A stretch of 64,000 bases of DNA from Dendrobates tinctorius (taxonomy: Eukaryota), in assembly GCF_039654945.1 (NCBI RefSeq), contig NW_027361752.1, positions 27,590,001 through 27,654,000 of the forward strand, written 5' to 3'. Below are positions 1 to 11,527 of the stretch, in pieces. Each line of letters begins with the position of its first letter. Position 1 is the first letter of the stretch. The position numbers and the translations under genes are program-made. The notes beneath the pieces were generated by a model. That model did no database searches and had not been told where the DNA came from. It saw only the letters and a program-made list of their open reading frames with translations.

Positions 1-54
1 GCATGGTTGCTTGCGCTAGGTGGTGACCCCGGCCATGGGGGGGAGGCAGCCCAG

Positions 55-3000
55 TTAGGGAGGTTTAAAAAATGGCATATGTTGATGTTGGACATTCAGC
101 AGCTGCAAATGGAGGAATTGGAGAAGTCCGAGGAAGAGGAGGACAAAAGCGAACCATTTCTCTGGCAACCTATGTGTCATCGGAGAAGGTGGGACAAAAT
201 CCTTTGATACCCATGCATGGTTCATTTTAATGAAGGTTAGATCATCAACATTTGGGGTCGACAGACGGGTCCTTTTTTCTGTCAGGATTGAGCCAGCAGC
301 ACTGAAGATTCTTTCCGATAGCACACTAGCAGCAGGGCAAGTAAGCTCCTGTAAGCCATATTGTGCCAATTCAGGCCAGGTGTCCAGTTTAGAGGCCCAA
401 TAGTCAAAGGGGAATGACCTGTGAGGGAGAACATCGACATGGGACGAGAAATAGTTTGTAACCATAGTTGACAACTGCTGTCTCCTGTCACTTTCAATTG
501 ATGCAGTATTACCAGTCGTGTGAGCGGGACTTGAAAAATCAGTCCACAACATGGTCATGAAACCCCTGTCTCCAACGCCACTTCTGATGTGTGCACCACG
601 AACACCTCTTCCATGTTGCCCCCTACGGCTCGTTGGAGAACCATCACTGCTGCTGTGTGCTGGGATTGCCCAAACAAACGGTTTACCAGAGTTTCTTGTT
701 TGTTAGCCAATATTAGGTCAAGGTTCTCCTGTGGCATGATGTTTTGGAATTTGCCTTTATAGCGTGGATCCAGGATGCTGGCCAACCAGTAGTCGTCATC
801 GTTCATCATTTTGGCAATGTGGGGGTCCCTTTTTAGGATCTGCAAGGCATAATCTGACATGTGGGCCAATGTTCCTGGTGTCAATGATGCACTGTGAGTG
901 CTGGGTGGAGGAGCACTTTCTGGCAAATCCACATCCCTCCAGTCACGCACAAACCCTGTACCAGACCTTGCCACGCCAACATTTTCTCTTGCCCCACGAG
1001 AAGCATCGTCCTCCCCTAAATAATCATCCCCATCATCATCCTCCTCCTCCTCTTCCTCTTCTTCCTCCACCTCGTCCAGGATAGGCCCCGGAGCAGATAA
1101 TGGCTGACTGTCATCAAGGCTTCCCTCCTCCTGTTCCTCATCATCCTCGGCTACAGACGCCTGCTCCTTAATGTGCATCAAAGTTTGCATGAGCAGACAC
1201 ATAAGTGGTATGCTCATGCTTATGATGGCGTTGTCTGCGCTTACAAGTCGTGTGCATTCCTCAAAACACTGAAGGACTTTACAGAGGTCTTTCAGCTTCG
1301 ACCACTGCACACCCGACAACTCCATGTCTGCCCTCAAAGTGCCTGGCCGTGTATCCTCCCACAAATGCATGACAGCCTGCCTCTGTTCGCACAGCCTCTC
1401 AACCGTGAGCAGGGTGGAGTTCCACCTTGTTGCAATGTCGACAATTAGGTGGTGCTTGGGAAGTTGGAGCAATCGCTGCAGCTTCTGCATACGACTGGAG
1501 TGTACAGGTGACCGGCGGATGTGCGAGCACTGTCTTCGGACCTTCTGGACCAGGCCTGTTAACTTCGCATAATTATTGAGGAAGCACTGCACCACCAGGT
1601 TCAAGGTGTGAGCCAGGCAAGGTATGTGTCGGAGTTTTGAAAGGGCTAAAGGCTGCCACAAAATTCCGTCCGTTATCATTAACTACCTTGCCTGCCTCAA
1701 TATGTAGACTGCCCAGCCATGACTCAGTTTGTTGCTGCAAGTAGTCGGACAGTACCTCCGCAGTGTGTCTGTTATCGCCCAAACACATCATCTTCAACAC
1801 AGCCTGCTGACTCTTACCACTAGCTGTTCGATAGTGGGACACCTCGTGTGCAACACTGGCAGCTGCAGATGGAGTGATCATGCGACTGCGCTCTGTGGAT
1901 GAGCTTTCGCTTCTGGAGGAGGAGGAGGTGGGTCAAACGCCTACAGCCCACTGTTTCCTATACCGTGGGCTAGGCAGCACTGTCCCACCGCCGCTGTCCC
2001 CTGTGGAACCTGCATCCACCACATTAACCCAGTGCACAGTGATGGACACGTAACAGCCCTGGCCATGCCTACTGGACCATGCATCTGTTGTGAGGTGTAC
2101 CTTTCCACTCACTGATTGCTTGAGTGCATGGACAATGCGGTCTTTCACATGAAGGTGGAGGGCTGGGATGGCTTTGCGAGAAAAGAAGTGCCGACTCGGT
2201 AGGTCATAGCATGGTACTGCATAGGCCATAAGTTCGTGGAAAGCTTTGCTTTCAACCAACCAGTAGGGCACCATCTCTTGTGAGATTAGTTTGGCAATGT
2301 GGGCATTCAAACCCAGTGTACGCGGATGAGAGGATGAGTACTTTCTTGTCCTACTCATAGTCTCTGGTAGGGTGAGCTGGACTTGAGAGCTGCATATGGT
2401 GGAACTAGAGGTGGACATGGCGGACTGAGAGAGGGTTGATGATGGTGATGGAGTTGGTGTTCTTTCTGCTGGCCTAGATTCAGTCTTTCGTAGCAATAAC
2501 ATTGTGATTTCCTGACTGCTTTGGCCTTGCAACGACACCTCAACATTTGCTGCTGGTGGTGTGCTAACCGGTGGGCTTACAGTGGGGGAAACGATGTAGC
2601 GTTGCTGACTACCTTCATTGGGAGCAGTTGCACATGTGGTACGTGAGGTTTGGTTGTCCGTCCATGCTTGCAAGTGCATGGTGTTTAAATGTCTAAGCAT
2701 GCAACTGGTATTCAAATTTCTCAGATTTTTCCCTCGGCTAAAGGTCTTTGCGCACTTCTTACAGATAACCTTTGCCTGATCATTAGGATTTTGTTCAAAA
2801 GAGTGCCACACTGCACTCTTCCTACTATGGGAGACATTTTGAGGCCTTGCACACTGTGCTAATTTGACCATCTGGCCTAGCTGTCCTGCAACTCTTTTGG
2901 TTTTTGTAACCCGTTTTTGGACTGCTTACGGGCCTGCCAGATAACAGCTGTTGCGATGTCGATGTCTGCTGCGGACGCTCCTCCTCCTCTTCTGAGCTAT

Positions 3001-3355
3001 TTGCAGCCGCACCCTCTTCCCCCAATGGATGCCAATCTGGGTCACCAACTGGGTCATCCATCACCTCCTCTTCAATGTCATGTGCACCTTCTTCTGTGTC
3101 ACCATGTAAGGTGGTATAGTATGCGGGAAGGGGCACCTGAGTTTCATCAGGGTCAGATTCTGGCTCAGTACACTGCGAGGACAATGTAGTGCTCTGAGCG
3201 AATGTAACAGCAGATAAATCTAGCAGTGGCTGTGCATCAGTGCACTCCATGTCAGATTCTTCTTGGACAGGGTAATTCACGATTTGACTTGATAACCCAG
3301 GCATGGTATGTGAAAAGAGCTCCATGGAGTAATCTGTAGTGTGGCCTGCCACATC
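55..3355 (-). pseudogene. hAT-superfamily (ZBED/Ac-like) transposase, frameshifted, 5' part lost
   Basis: Consecutive ORFs 2825-3352, 1933-2871, 1573-1881, 555-1679 and 55-558 carry a BED finger (SAVW..F..C..C..LRHL..H), TTDAW (D1), NDNGRN (D2), CLAHTLN (CxxH), RWNS and the hATC motif CPAASVLSERIFS..RL..LTFIKMN. Confidence 0.93.
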
Positions 3356-4670
3356 TGTGGCACCCCTGAGGGTTCAGCTGCCACAGAGGTACTGCACCTC
3401 CTGAGGTGTGGTACCCCACTATCCAGGTAAGTTGTAGGCTCCTGACCACGCTCCAGCACCTGCACCCATCATCACAAAGTAGTGTAGCAAAGCCACATTG
3501 TGGCTCCCTGCTTGGAGTGTAGCAGAGCACCTTTGGTGGCTTCCTGCTTGGAACACGAAACATGCTGGGAGGCGGGTGGAGTTAGAATACATGAAAGAGC
3601 GGAATGGGTAAGGAGTTCAGTCAGTAAGTCAGTCAGTCAGTGAGTCAGAGAGTGGAGAGTCGAGTGTGGAGGAGAGGAGATCCCTGGGAGAGGGATGTCA
3701 GAAGGAAGTTCTGCAGCAGATCCCAGTGATCTGGGTCTGCTGGCACGGGAAAGTAAAGAGAGAGAGACAGACATTGAAGAGAAACCTGATCTTCCATAAG
3801 AAGGAAAGACTAATACGGAACGTAGGAGAAAAAGGGAACAAAGGACGTGGGTTAGGAAAGAACCCTGCCTAGAAGTTCTAAGTGCAAGGCCGGGGCCCGG
3901 TCCCCAAGGTTGTATGGATACTAAGGGTCCTACAGCAGACACCGGAGGAGTAGTGGGCTGTAAATGCACTACTCCCATCTAAGGCTGGTTTCACATTCGC
4001 GCTTTTTAAGCGCACGCACGGCCGGGGGTAGCTCCGCCCCCGAGCCGGCTCTCTGCCCGGCGTGCCCGCCCCTTCCTTGTAGCGCCGCCTCCTAGCGCAC
4101 AGCGGCGCCTGCGATCGGCGCACCCTATCTTTAGCATAGGGTGCGCCGGTCATGCGCTAGTTGCGCTTTGACCTGCGCTGCGCACTTTTGACGGTGCGGC
4201 GTGCGCGCCAAAATCGAACTTTTCGGATTTTGGCGCGCACGGCGCACCGTCAAAAGTGCGCAGCGCAGGTCAAAGCGCAACTAGCGCACGGCCTGCGCAC
4301 GATCTGCGCACCCTATGCTAAAGATAGGGTGCGCCGATCGCAGGCGCCGCTGTGCGCTAGGAGGCGGCGCTACAAGGAAGGGGCGGGCACGCCGGGCAGA
4401 GAGCCGGCTCGGGGGCGGAGCTACCCCCGGCCGTGCGTGCGCTTAAAAAGCGCTAATGTGAAACCGGCCTAAGACTTGGGGGCACAACAGCAACCTTGAT
4501 AGTGAGCCGGGACTTAGGAGAAAGGAGTCCCCAAAGCAGGCTACAGCTGTCTGCCGTACAAGTATAGTTCTTGGGAACATCTGACAGGAGGAACTCCAGT
4601 GTAACTCAGAACTGGGAGCACTTCACTCAAAGGCGCTATAGAGGAGATATAGAGGAAAGGCACATGTTGG
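3356..4670 (+). mobile_element. LTR, 3'-truncated, same family as the solo LTR at 43897-45187
   Basis: Begins TGTGGCACCCCTG and is colinear with 43897-44712 once the MITE at 3983-4469 is removed; interrupts the hAT transposase. Confidence 0.85.
3983..4469. mobile_element. PIF/Harbinger-type palindromic MITE
   Basis: Termini GGCTGGTTTCACATT / AATGTGAAACCGGCC, TAA on both sides (3980-82, 4470-72); empty site ATCTAAGACTTGG seen in the paralogous LTR at ~44511; nearly the whole element folds back on itself. Confidence 0.92.
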
Positions 4671-5225
4671 CACATTTTTGGACCATAAGATGCACTTTTT
4701 TCCCCAAAAATTTTGGGGGAAAGTGGGGGGTGCGTCTTATGGTCGCAATATACTCACACTGGTGCAGGTGCGGCATGGCTCTGTGGTGTGGTGGTGGCGG
4801 TGGCAGGCTGTGCTCCGGTGCAGGGGCAGCGACTCTCTGCTCTCTGTGGGGCAGAGGCTCCGCCAGCATTTTCTCACAGCCCGGAGGCCCCCGCACATCC
4901 GTAGCTGCCATGTTGCGGTGGCCTCTGGGAACATGGACGCCGGGAAGATGGCCGCCGGTCCGGGTACTGCACATGCTCAGGTACAGATCTCGTCCTGAGA
5001 CATCGGGAGACGAGATTCAAATCTCAGCAACGAGATCTCGTCCCGAGATCTCATCTCCCGAGATCTCGGGACGAGATCTGTACCTGAGCATGTGCAGTAC
5101 CCGGACCGGCGGCCATCTTCCCAGGGTCCATGTTCCTGGAGGCCACCCGCAACATGGCAGCTACGGATGAGCGGGGGCCTCCGGGCTGTGAGAAAATGCC
5201 AGCGGAGCCTCCGCCCCTGCACCAG

Positions 5226-6128
5226 AGGGCTGGCGGAACGCACCAATTTATAAAATAATATTGGGTGCGTTCGCAGCCCGGGTCCACCGTGCAGAAGAAT
5301 AGAGTGGCGCAAAAACAGTCACATGTGGGTTACATCACCCAATGTGAACAGGGCGAACTCTGTTAATGCACAGAGTCGCACAACCGCTGAATGTAGATGC
5401 CGGAGCCTGTTTACCTCCCAGAGCCTGGCCAAAAGAGCACACAGTGTACGGCCACAGAACTCTACCCCAAGGTCACAGGGTTAGAGTCCTTCTAGGCCCA
5501 CTGAGCACCACTATAGATGCTGGCTATGAAGTGGAGCACGTGCACTGGGGCGTGCCGAGTCCCTGGTGAGGACTGATGCCTGACTCAACCTCTGTCCTAC
5601 CTACACCTAAGCCTGGACGCTAGCAGGCTAGACTGCACAACACATGCGTGCCAAGGGTAGGGGTTTCTTAATGAGTCATTCACCAGAGACATTCATACGT
5701 GCATACATCACTCACTCCACATAGTCTGTAAATACAGTCTATCCTAGCGCATGGCCAAGCGGCCATGCGAACCTTTTATAGCCGCGAGCGTCCGGGACCT
5801 TCCTGGCTTCTCGGATGGGCCAATCCGAACACGAGCAGGACCTGAGCACGTCACCTTCGATCTCCAATGGAAAATCACTCCACGGGCATGCTCAGTAGCC
5901 TGACATGGGGACTTAGTCCCTGGAGAATCTCTCTGCTGAGCAGCATGTATTGCCATAGATGTGCCAGAGGTGGCAGCAGCAAGCAAACCCATGGAGCTCG
6001 TCTGGGCAGAGCGACTGGACCGACAAGTTTTCTGATCAACCTCCTCTGCGGCTGGAGAGGAATGGGAGACCGCTGGAAGTAAGGCTCAGGATTCTCGCTG
6101 TGCAGGGACAGAAATCCGATGCCTAGCA
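5226..6128 (-). mobile_element. Solo LTR, same family as 36391-37369
   Basis: AGGGCTGGCGGAACGCACC at 5226 is the reverse complement of the 37369 end; colinear internal blocks (TATAAAAGGT.CGC.TGGC.GCT.GGCCATG.GCTAG). Confidence 0.8.
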
Positions 6129-6139
6129 ACAGCGCCCCT

Positions 6140-7075
6140 GAGCACAGCACCGCAAGCCCAAGCACAGCACGGCGCCCCACAGCCCCAGTACAGCACAGAG
6201 CCCCCAGCACAGCATGGCACCTCACAGCCCCCCTTCCCAGCACAGCACGGCACCCTACAGCCCCCAGTACAGAACAGAGTCCCCTGCAAAGCACGGCACC
6301 CCACAGCCCCCCTTCCCAGCACAGTGCCCCAGCACAATGTCCCCAGTACAGCACAGAGCCCCCAGCACAGCACGGCACCCCACAGCCCCCCTTCCCAGCA
6401 CAGCACCCCAGCACAATGCCCTAGTACAGCACAGAGCCCCCAGCATGGCACCCCACAGCCCCCCTTCCCAGCACAGTGCCCCCAGTACAGCACAGAGCCC
6501 CCTGCACAGCACGGCGCCCCACAGCCCCCCTTCCCAGCACAGTGCCCCAGCACAATGTCCCCAGTACAGCACAGAGCCCCCAGCACAGCACGGCACCCCA
6601 CAGCCCCCCTTCCCAGCACAGCGCCCCAGCACAATGCCCTAGTACAGCACAGAGCCCCCAGCATGGCACCCCACAGCCCCCCTTCCCAGCACACTGCCTC
6701 CAGTACAGCACAGAGCCCCCAGCATGGCACCCCACAGCCCCCCTTCCCAGCACAATTCCCCCAGTACAGCACAGAGCTCCCTGCACAGCACAGCACCCCA
6801 CAGCCCCCCTTCCCAGCACAGCACCCCAGTACAGCACAGAGCCCACAGCACGGCACCCCACAGCCCCCCTTCCCAGCACAGTGCCCCAGCACAGTGCCCC
6901 CAGTACAGCACAGTGCCCACAGTACAGCCCCCCTTCCCTGCACCGTGCCCCAGCACAGTGCCCCCAGTACAGCACGGTGCCCACAGCACAGCCCCCCTTC
7001 CCAGCACAGCATAGTGCCCCCAGAACAGCCCCCCTTCCCCAGCACAGCAACCCTGCCCCAGCACAGAGCCGCCAC
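6140..7075. repeat. GC-rich compound minisatellite (CCCCAGTACAGCACAGAG / CAGCCCCCCTTCCCAGCACAG units)
   Basis: Direct tandem repeats; source of the many overlapping low-complexity ORFs at 5875-7148. Confidence 0.92.
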
Positions 7076-8489
7076 CGCACCAGCTTGGGATGGGATTTAC
7101 TAGAGGCCACCGCACCAGTCTGGAACATCTATCGACCCCTGTGACCACTCCTCCACCTGTGCGGGATCCCTTCCCTGGTAAGCTGAATTCAGACTGTAAG
7201 ACGGACCCCCATTTGACACATTATTATTTTTTTCCCTACTTTCCTTCTGAAAATATGGGGTGTGTCTTATGGTCCGGTGCGTCTTATAGTTCGAAAAATA
7301 CGGTATATTTCATATATACACTATATAGCACTTTTTTTTCAGTTTTTTTCTCCCATTTTCTATGGCCGCAATGCTGTTTCTATGTTCTACAGTAATTATT
7401 CTTGGTAAGTTGTGGTGCAAATGTTAATCTTTTTGACTTATATGCTTTCTTTGGTTGGCGCCTATTCACTCTAGCTTAGATATGCTGGTCTTTCTTTTTG
7501 TCTATTTGTATCAAAACCTTTTGGATATGTGCACTACCACTCCCATTAGCCACAGGTGATTTTAAGCAGATTAGCTGGTCCATTCCTGCCAAATAAATTG
7601 TAGGTTTTTTTGACCAATAGAGGTGATATTACATTTAGGGACCCAATTTACGAAGGACGCCTTGACAATTGGGCACACATATATTGGCCAATCTATATGC
7701 TAAGAACCTTCCTTTTTTCATAGCAATTTTTGATGATGCATATTTCATATATACACTATGTAGCACTTTTTTCAATTTGTTCTCCCATTTTCTATGAAAG
7801 CAATGCAGTTCCTATATTCCACAGTAATCATTCATGGTAAGTTATAGTGCAAGCTTTGCAAAGTCAACTGACATCAAGCCCAGGGGTTGGTATTGGAGTA
7901 GAGTCAATCAATAACCTCAATTACTTACCCGAAAGAAACACACAGAGAAAAGTCCTTTAATTGAACAAAATACTGCCTGACAAATTCCTTATTTTTCCCA
8001 TTTATCAACATAAAAATAAAAAAGCAAAATAATCCTCACCTGTATGCCGTCAATCCATAATGATAATATCCCACAACAAACACAAACTCTGCTACATCTG
8101 GTTGTATTGCTGAGCAATGACATCAGTAATGTGAACCCTCAGCCAGGCAGTCAGATCACAATGAGCTGAGCGTGAGAACGCAGCTGCATGTGATCACTAG
8201 TGACGTCATTAAGGTTACCACCAGTCACACACAGCTGCATTCTCATGCTAAGCTCAGTGTGACCTGGTTACTGGACTTAACGGTCACATTACTGATGTCA
8301 CCGTTCAGAAATGCTACCAGATGTAGCAAAATTGGTGTTTGTCGTGGAACATCATCATTATGGATTATTTGGGAACAGGTGTCTTTATTAATTTTCACTA
8401 CGGGGTAAGTAATGGAGGTGTCTGATCGCTACCTCTCCATTACTAACCCCTGAGCTTAATGTCAGTTGAAGCTACTGTAACTTTTTCAC

Positions 8490-9400
8490 ACCTGTAGAGT
8501 TTACGCTGATATCATCAGTAGGGCCTTCTCTTTCTCTATGAAAGCGCTTATGATTTAGGGGTCCTCGCTCTCCCTTTCATATTAAGTTTGTAAGCTCTTA
8601 TGGTCAGTGGGGTTTAAGGCCCCTTTACATTTAGCGATGCACCAGCGATCCCGACCTCAATATGACCCAGTCAGGATCGCTGGTGCATCACTAAATGGTC
8701 ACTAGTGAGCTCCCAAACAGGCAGACTCATCCAAGTTACTCGCATGTGTGATCCTGGCCTAAGTCTCTCTCTTCCGTAGTGTGTAAAATATTGTGATCAG
8801 CAAAATCCTCCATCTTTTCTGCAGTGTGTAATCTTTAGGGTAAGTGTGGTCCTCTCTATATCTCTTTCTCTCTATTGTAGAGTGTAAGCTCTTATGATCA
8901 TCACAGTCATCTCTCTCCTCTCCCTCTATCTCTCTCTCCTGTAGAGTGTAAAAGCTTAGTGTCAGTGTGGTCCTCTTTATCTCTCCTGTAAAGTGTAAGC
9001 TTTTATGGTCAGTGGGGTCCTCTTTCTCTCTCTTTCACAAAATATAAGCTCGTGATCAATGGGATCCTTTCCCTCTCCTGTAGAGAGTAAGCTCTTATGG
9101 TCAGTGAGTCTTCTTTCTCTCTTCCATAGAATGTAAGCATTTGTGATCAGTGGGGTCCACTGTCTCTTCTGCATATTTTAAGCTATTAAGTTCAGCGGTG
9201 TTCTCTCTCTCTCCTGTTGAATGCAAGCTCTTATGGTCAGTGGGGTCCTCTCTCTCTCTTCTATAGAATGTAAGCTCTTCTGATCAGCAAGGTCCTCACT
9301 CTCTACTGTTGAATTTAAGCTCTAAACCTCAGTGGGGTCCTCGCTCTCCTGTCGAATGTAAGCTCTCATGGCAAGTGGGGTCCTCACTTTCTCTCCCTCC
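8490..9400 (+). repeat. Degenerate ~45-60 bp minisatellite resembling the L2 LINE 3' UTR core
   Basis: Recurring unit TGTAAGCTCTTATGGTCAGTGGGGTCCTCTCTCTC..CTGTAGAG. Confidence 0.75.
8618..8735 (+). mobile_element. Harbinger-type MITE fragment (left end only)
   Basis: TAA|GGCCCCTTTACA followed by the hairpin GATGCACCAGCGATCC..GGATCGCTGGTGCATC. Confidence 0.55.
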
Positions 9401-10708
9401 TAAGATCCTTTAGTAAACTGGGTTCTTTATCTCTTTCCCCACTTCACCTATGTGAATTTTTTGAGCAATTCCTAATTTTCCAGTACTGAGGATCACTCAC
9501 ATTTATTAAATGAAAATTGAAATTTTGGGGAAATTTGGCAAAGCTGCCGAATGTAAATTACAAAAGATCCACTCATCTCTACTACTAAATACTAAAAACG
9601 TTTGTTATGGACGGCTTGTTTAATTTGTAAATGACAGAAATTGAAAGTGGCATTTTGCGTTGTGTTTGTAGAAACCACTTGTTCTATTACTCGCATTGAG
9701 ATACTTAAATTGTTCTTGTTTGATTGGTTTATGGCAAACAGCATAAAGTTTATAAATGTTGCAGATAAACCTAATTTGCAATTGGGAATGACTAATTTTG
9801 CTTGCAACGGAAGATGACTACATATTTAAATACAAAGAGACACATATAATAAATTCTTCAAGGAGCATATAAGCATCCATTATAAATCTGCTACATCATA
9901 ATTTACATTTTACTAAAATGTTTTCATATATTCTAAACCAAATGAAAGACTTTAGAAAGGCATAGTATTTCTATTCTCCTTTAGGTGCTGATACAATTTA
10001 CTAGGTCTTCATGTTGAGCTTTATTACGCATAAGTAATCCTACTGATATATCCCAAAATAGGATCTGGCAATGTATAAAATATGTTTTGAAAATGCAAAT
10101 GTTGTAAATGTGTAAGAATTTCCAAAACACTTAAGTGTTCAGCTTCTGGGAAAGCCTATTATCTCAAGTCGATCTTTGAATTATGCATTTTGAGATGTAG
10201 TGTATTCGGCACCTGGCCAATGAAGTGTATTGTGTGCTGGCACGAGTTGCTGCCCGTTCAAACATTGGTTTAGAGCAATTGAATTACAATATGAATATGT
10301 CACCGGTGGATACAAATCTTGTTTAAAAAAAATCCATAATAATTATGAATGTTGGAGATTTCTTCTGTCTAAAGGTGGCTTATGTAAAGGATCATTTAAT
10401 AAAAGCACAGAACATGGAGTACACAAGATTTATGCACTTATTGTTCATTCAAAAAATGTTTTCAAATTGATTAAATAAAAATTAAATATTTTTTGGACGG
10501 GGGTTTATACCTTACTGAAAAAAACTTAAGACTACACAAATGTTAATAACAGCGGGAGTATTGTGAAGAGTATAGTTTGTCCATTCTCAACATCAATTTC
10601 TACATATCCAATTTTTCTAAAATATTCCAATGATATTGTTTAAAAAGATCCTACCTCCCAGTTTTGCAAGTCATATGCTGACCTATGTCTTTGCATGGTA
10701 ACAAAATA

Positions 10709-11323
10709 CAGGGTGGGCCATTACATGGAAACACCAAAATACAATGGGAATGGTTGGTGATATCAACTTACTGTTTGTGACACATTAGTATATGGGAGGG
10801 GAAACTTTTCATGATGGTTGGTGACCATGGTGGCCATTTTGAAGTTGGCCATTTTGGATCCAACTTTATTTTTTTCAATGGGAAGAGGGTCATGTGGCAC
10901 ATGAAACTTATTGAGAATTTCACATGAAAAACAATGGTGTGCTTGGTTTTCACATAACTTTATTCTTTCCTGGGTTATTTACAAGTTTCTCTTTGTTTAC
11001 AGCCTTTGACATGTTGCAGAGGTTAACACGTGAGGAGCAGGTATAAATTGTGTTGATGTCTGGTGAACGCAGTACTTGGGTCATTGCAGCAGATTTCAAT
11101 GCAAGACACCCTACGCAAGAAAACTGTCACCATTCCCATTTTATTCAGGTGTATCCATATAAATGGCCCACCCAAAAATGTTTGCCTCATCACTGAACAT
11201 AATGTTCTTTGTAAAATGAGGGTCCTGTTCCAATTTTTGTTTTACCCATTCTGCAAAGTCAGCAGTTGGGTCACCAACCATTCCCATTTTATTTAGGTGT
11301 ATCCATATAAATGGCCCACCCTG
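10709..11323 (+). mobile_element. Internally deleted and rearranged mariner-like element
   Basis: TA|CAGGGTGGGCCATT...AATGGCCCACCCTG|TA; plus-strand N-terminus MLQRLTREEQV*IVLMSGERST..IAADFNARHP from 11011; inverted catalytic fragment (FAEWVKQKLEQDPHFTKNIMFSDEAN) at ~11175-11270. Confidence 0.85.
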
Positions 11324-11527
11324 TACAATTATTTGTAGTTTAAGGCCATGTTGACACTCAGCGGTTTTCCCGTGTTTTTTGCTATATTTTTTTTCTGCAG
11401 AAATGAAGCTGCATTTTACAGGACCAGCAAAAGCTACGATATAGCAGATATTTCATGTACACACTTTTCTCTTTTACCGACTTTGCTTGAAAAGTGCAGA
11501 GTTTTTTAAATCAGCAGAATTTCTATA

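Larger units (their letters stand above)
4673..7303. mobile_element. Non-autonomous Tc2/Kanga-like (TcMar) DNA element with internal palindrome, minisatellite and nested LTR
   Basis: Right end GTGCGTCTTATAGTTCGAAAAATACGG|TA; left end ATTTTTGGACCATAAGATGCAC lacks the outermost bases; internal inverted repeat ~4850-5220. Confidence 0.75.

Noticed and set aside
3878-4472. Identical peptides on both strands (also at 13249-13663 and 4571-5312)
   Set aside because: A consequence of palindromic MITE structure, not of coding function.
5875-7148. Long Cys/Gly- or Pro/Gln-rich ORFs on both strands (keratin-associated or mucin-like)
   Set aside because: They are translations of a stop-poor minisatellite inside a MITE, open in nearly all frames.
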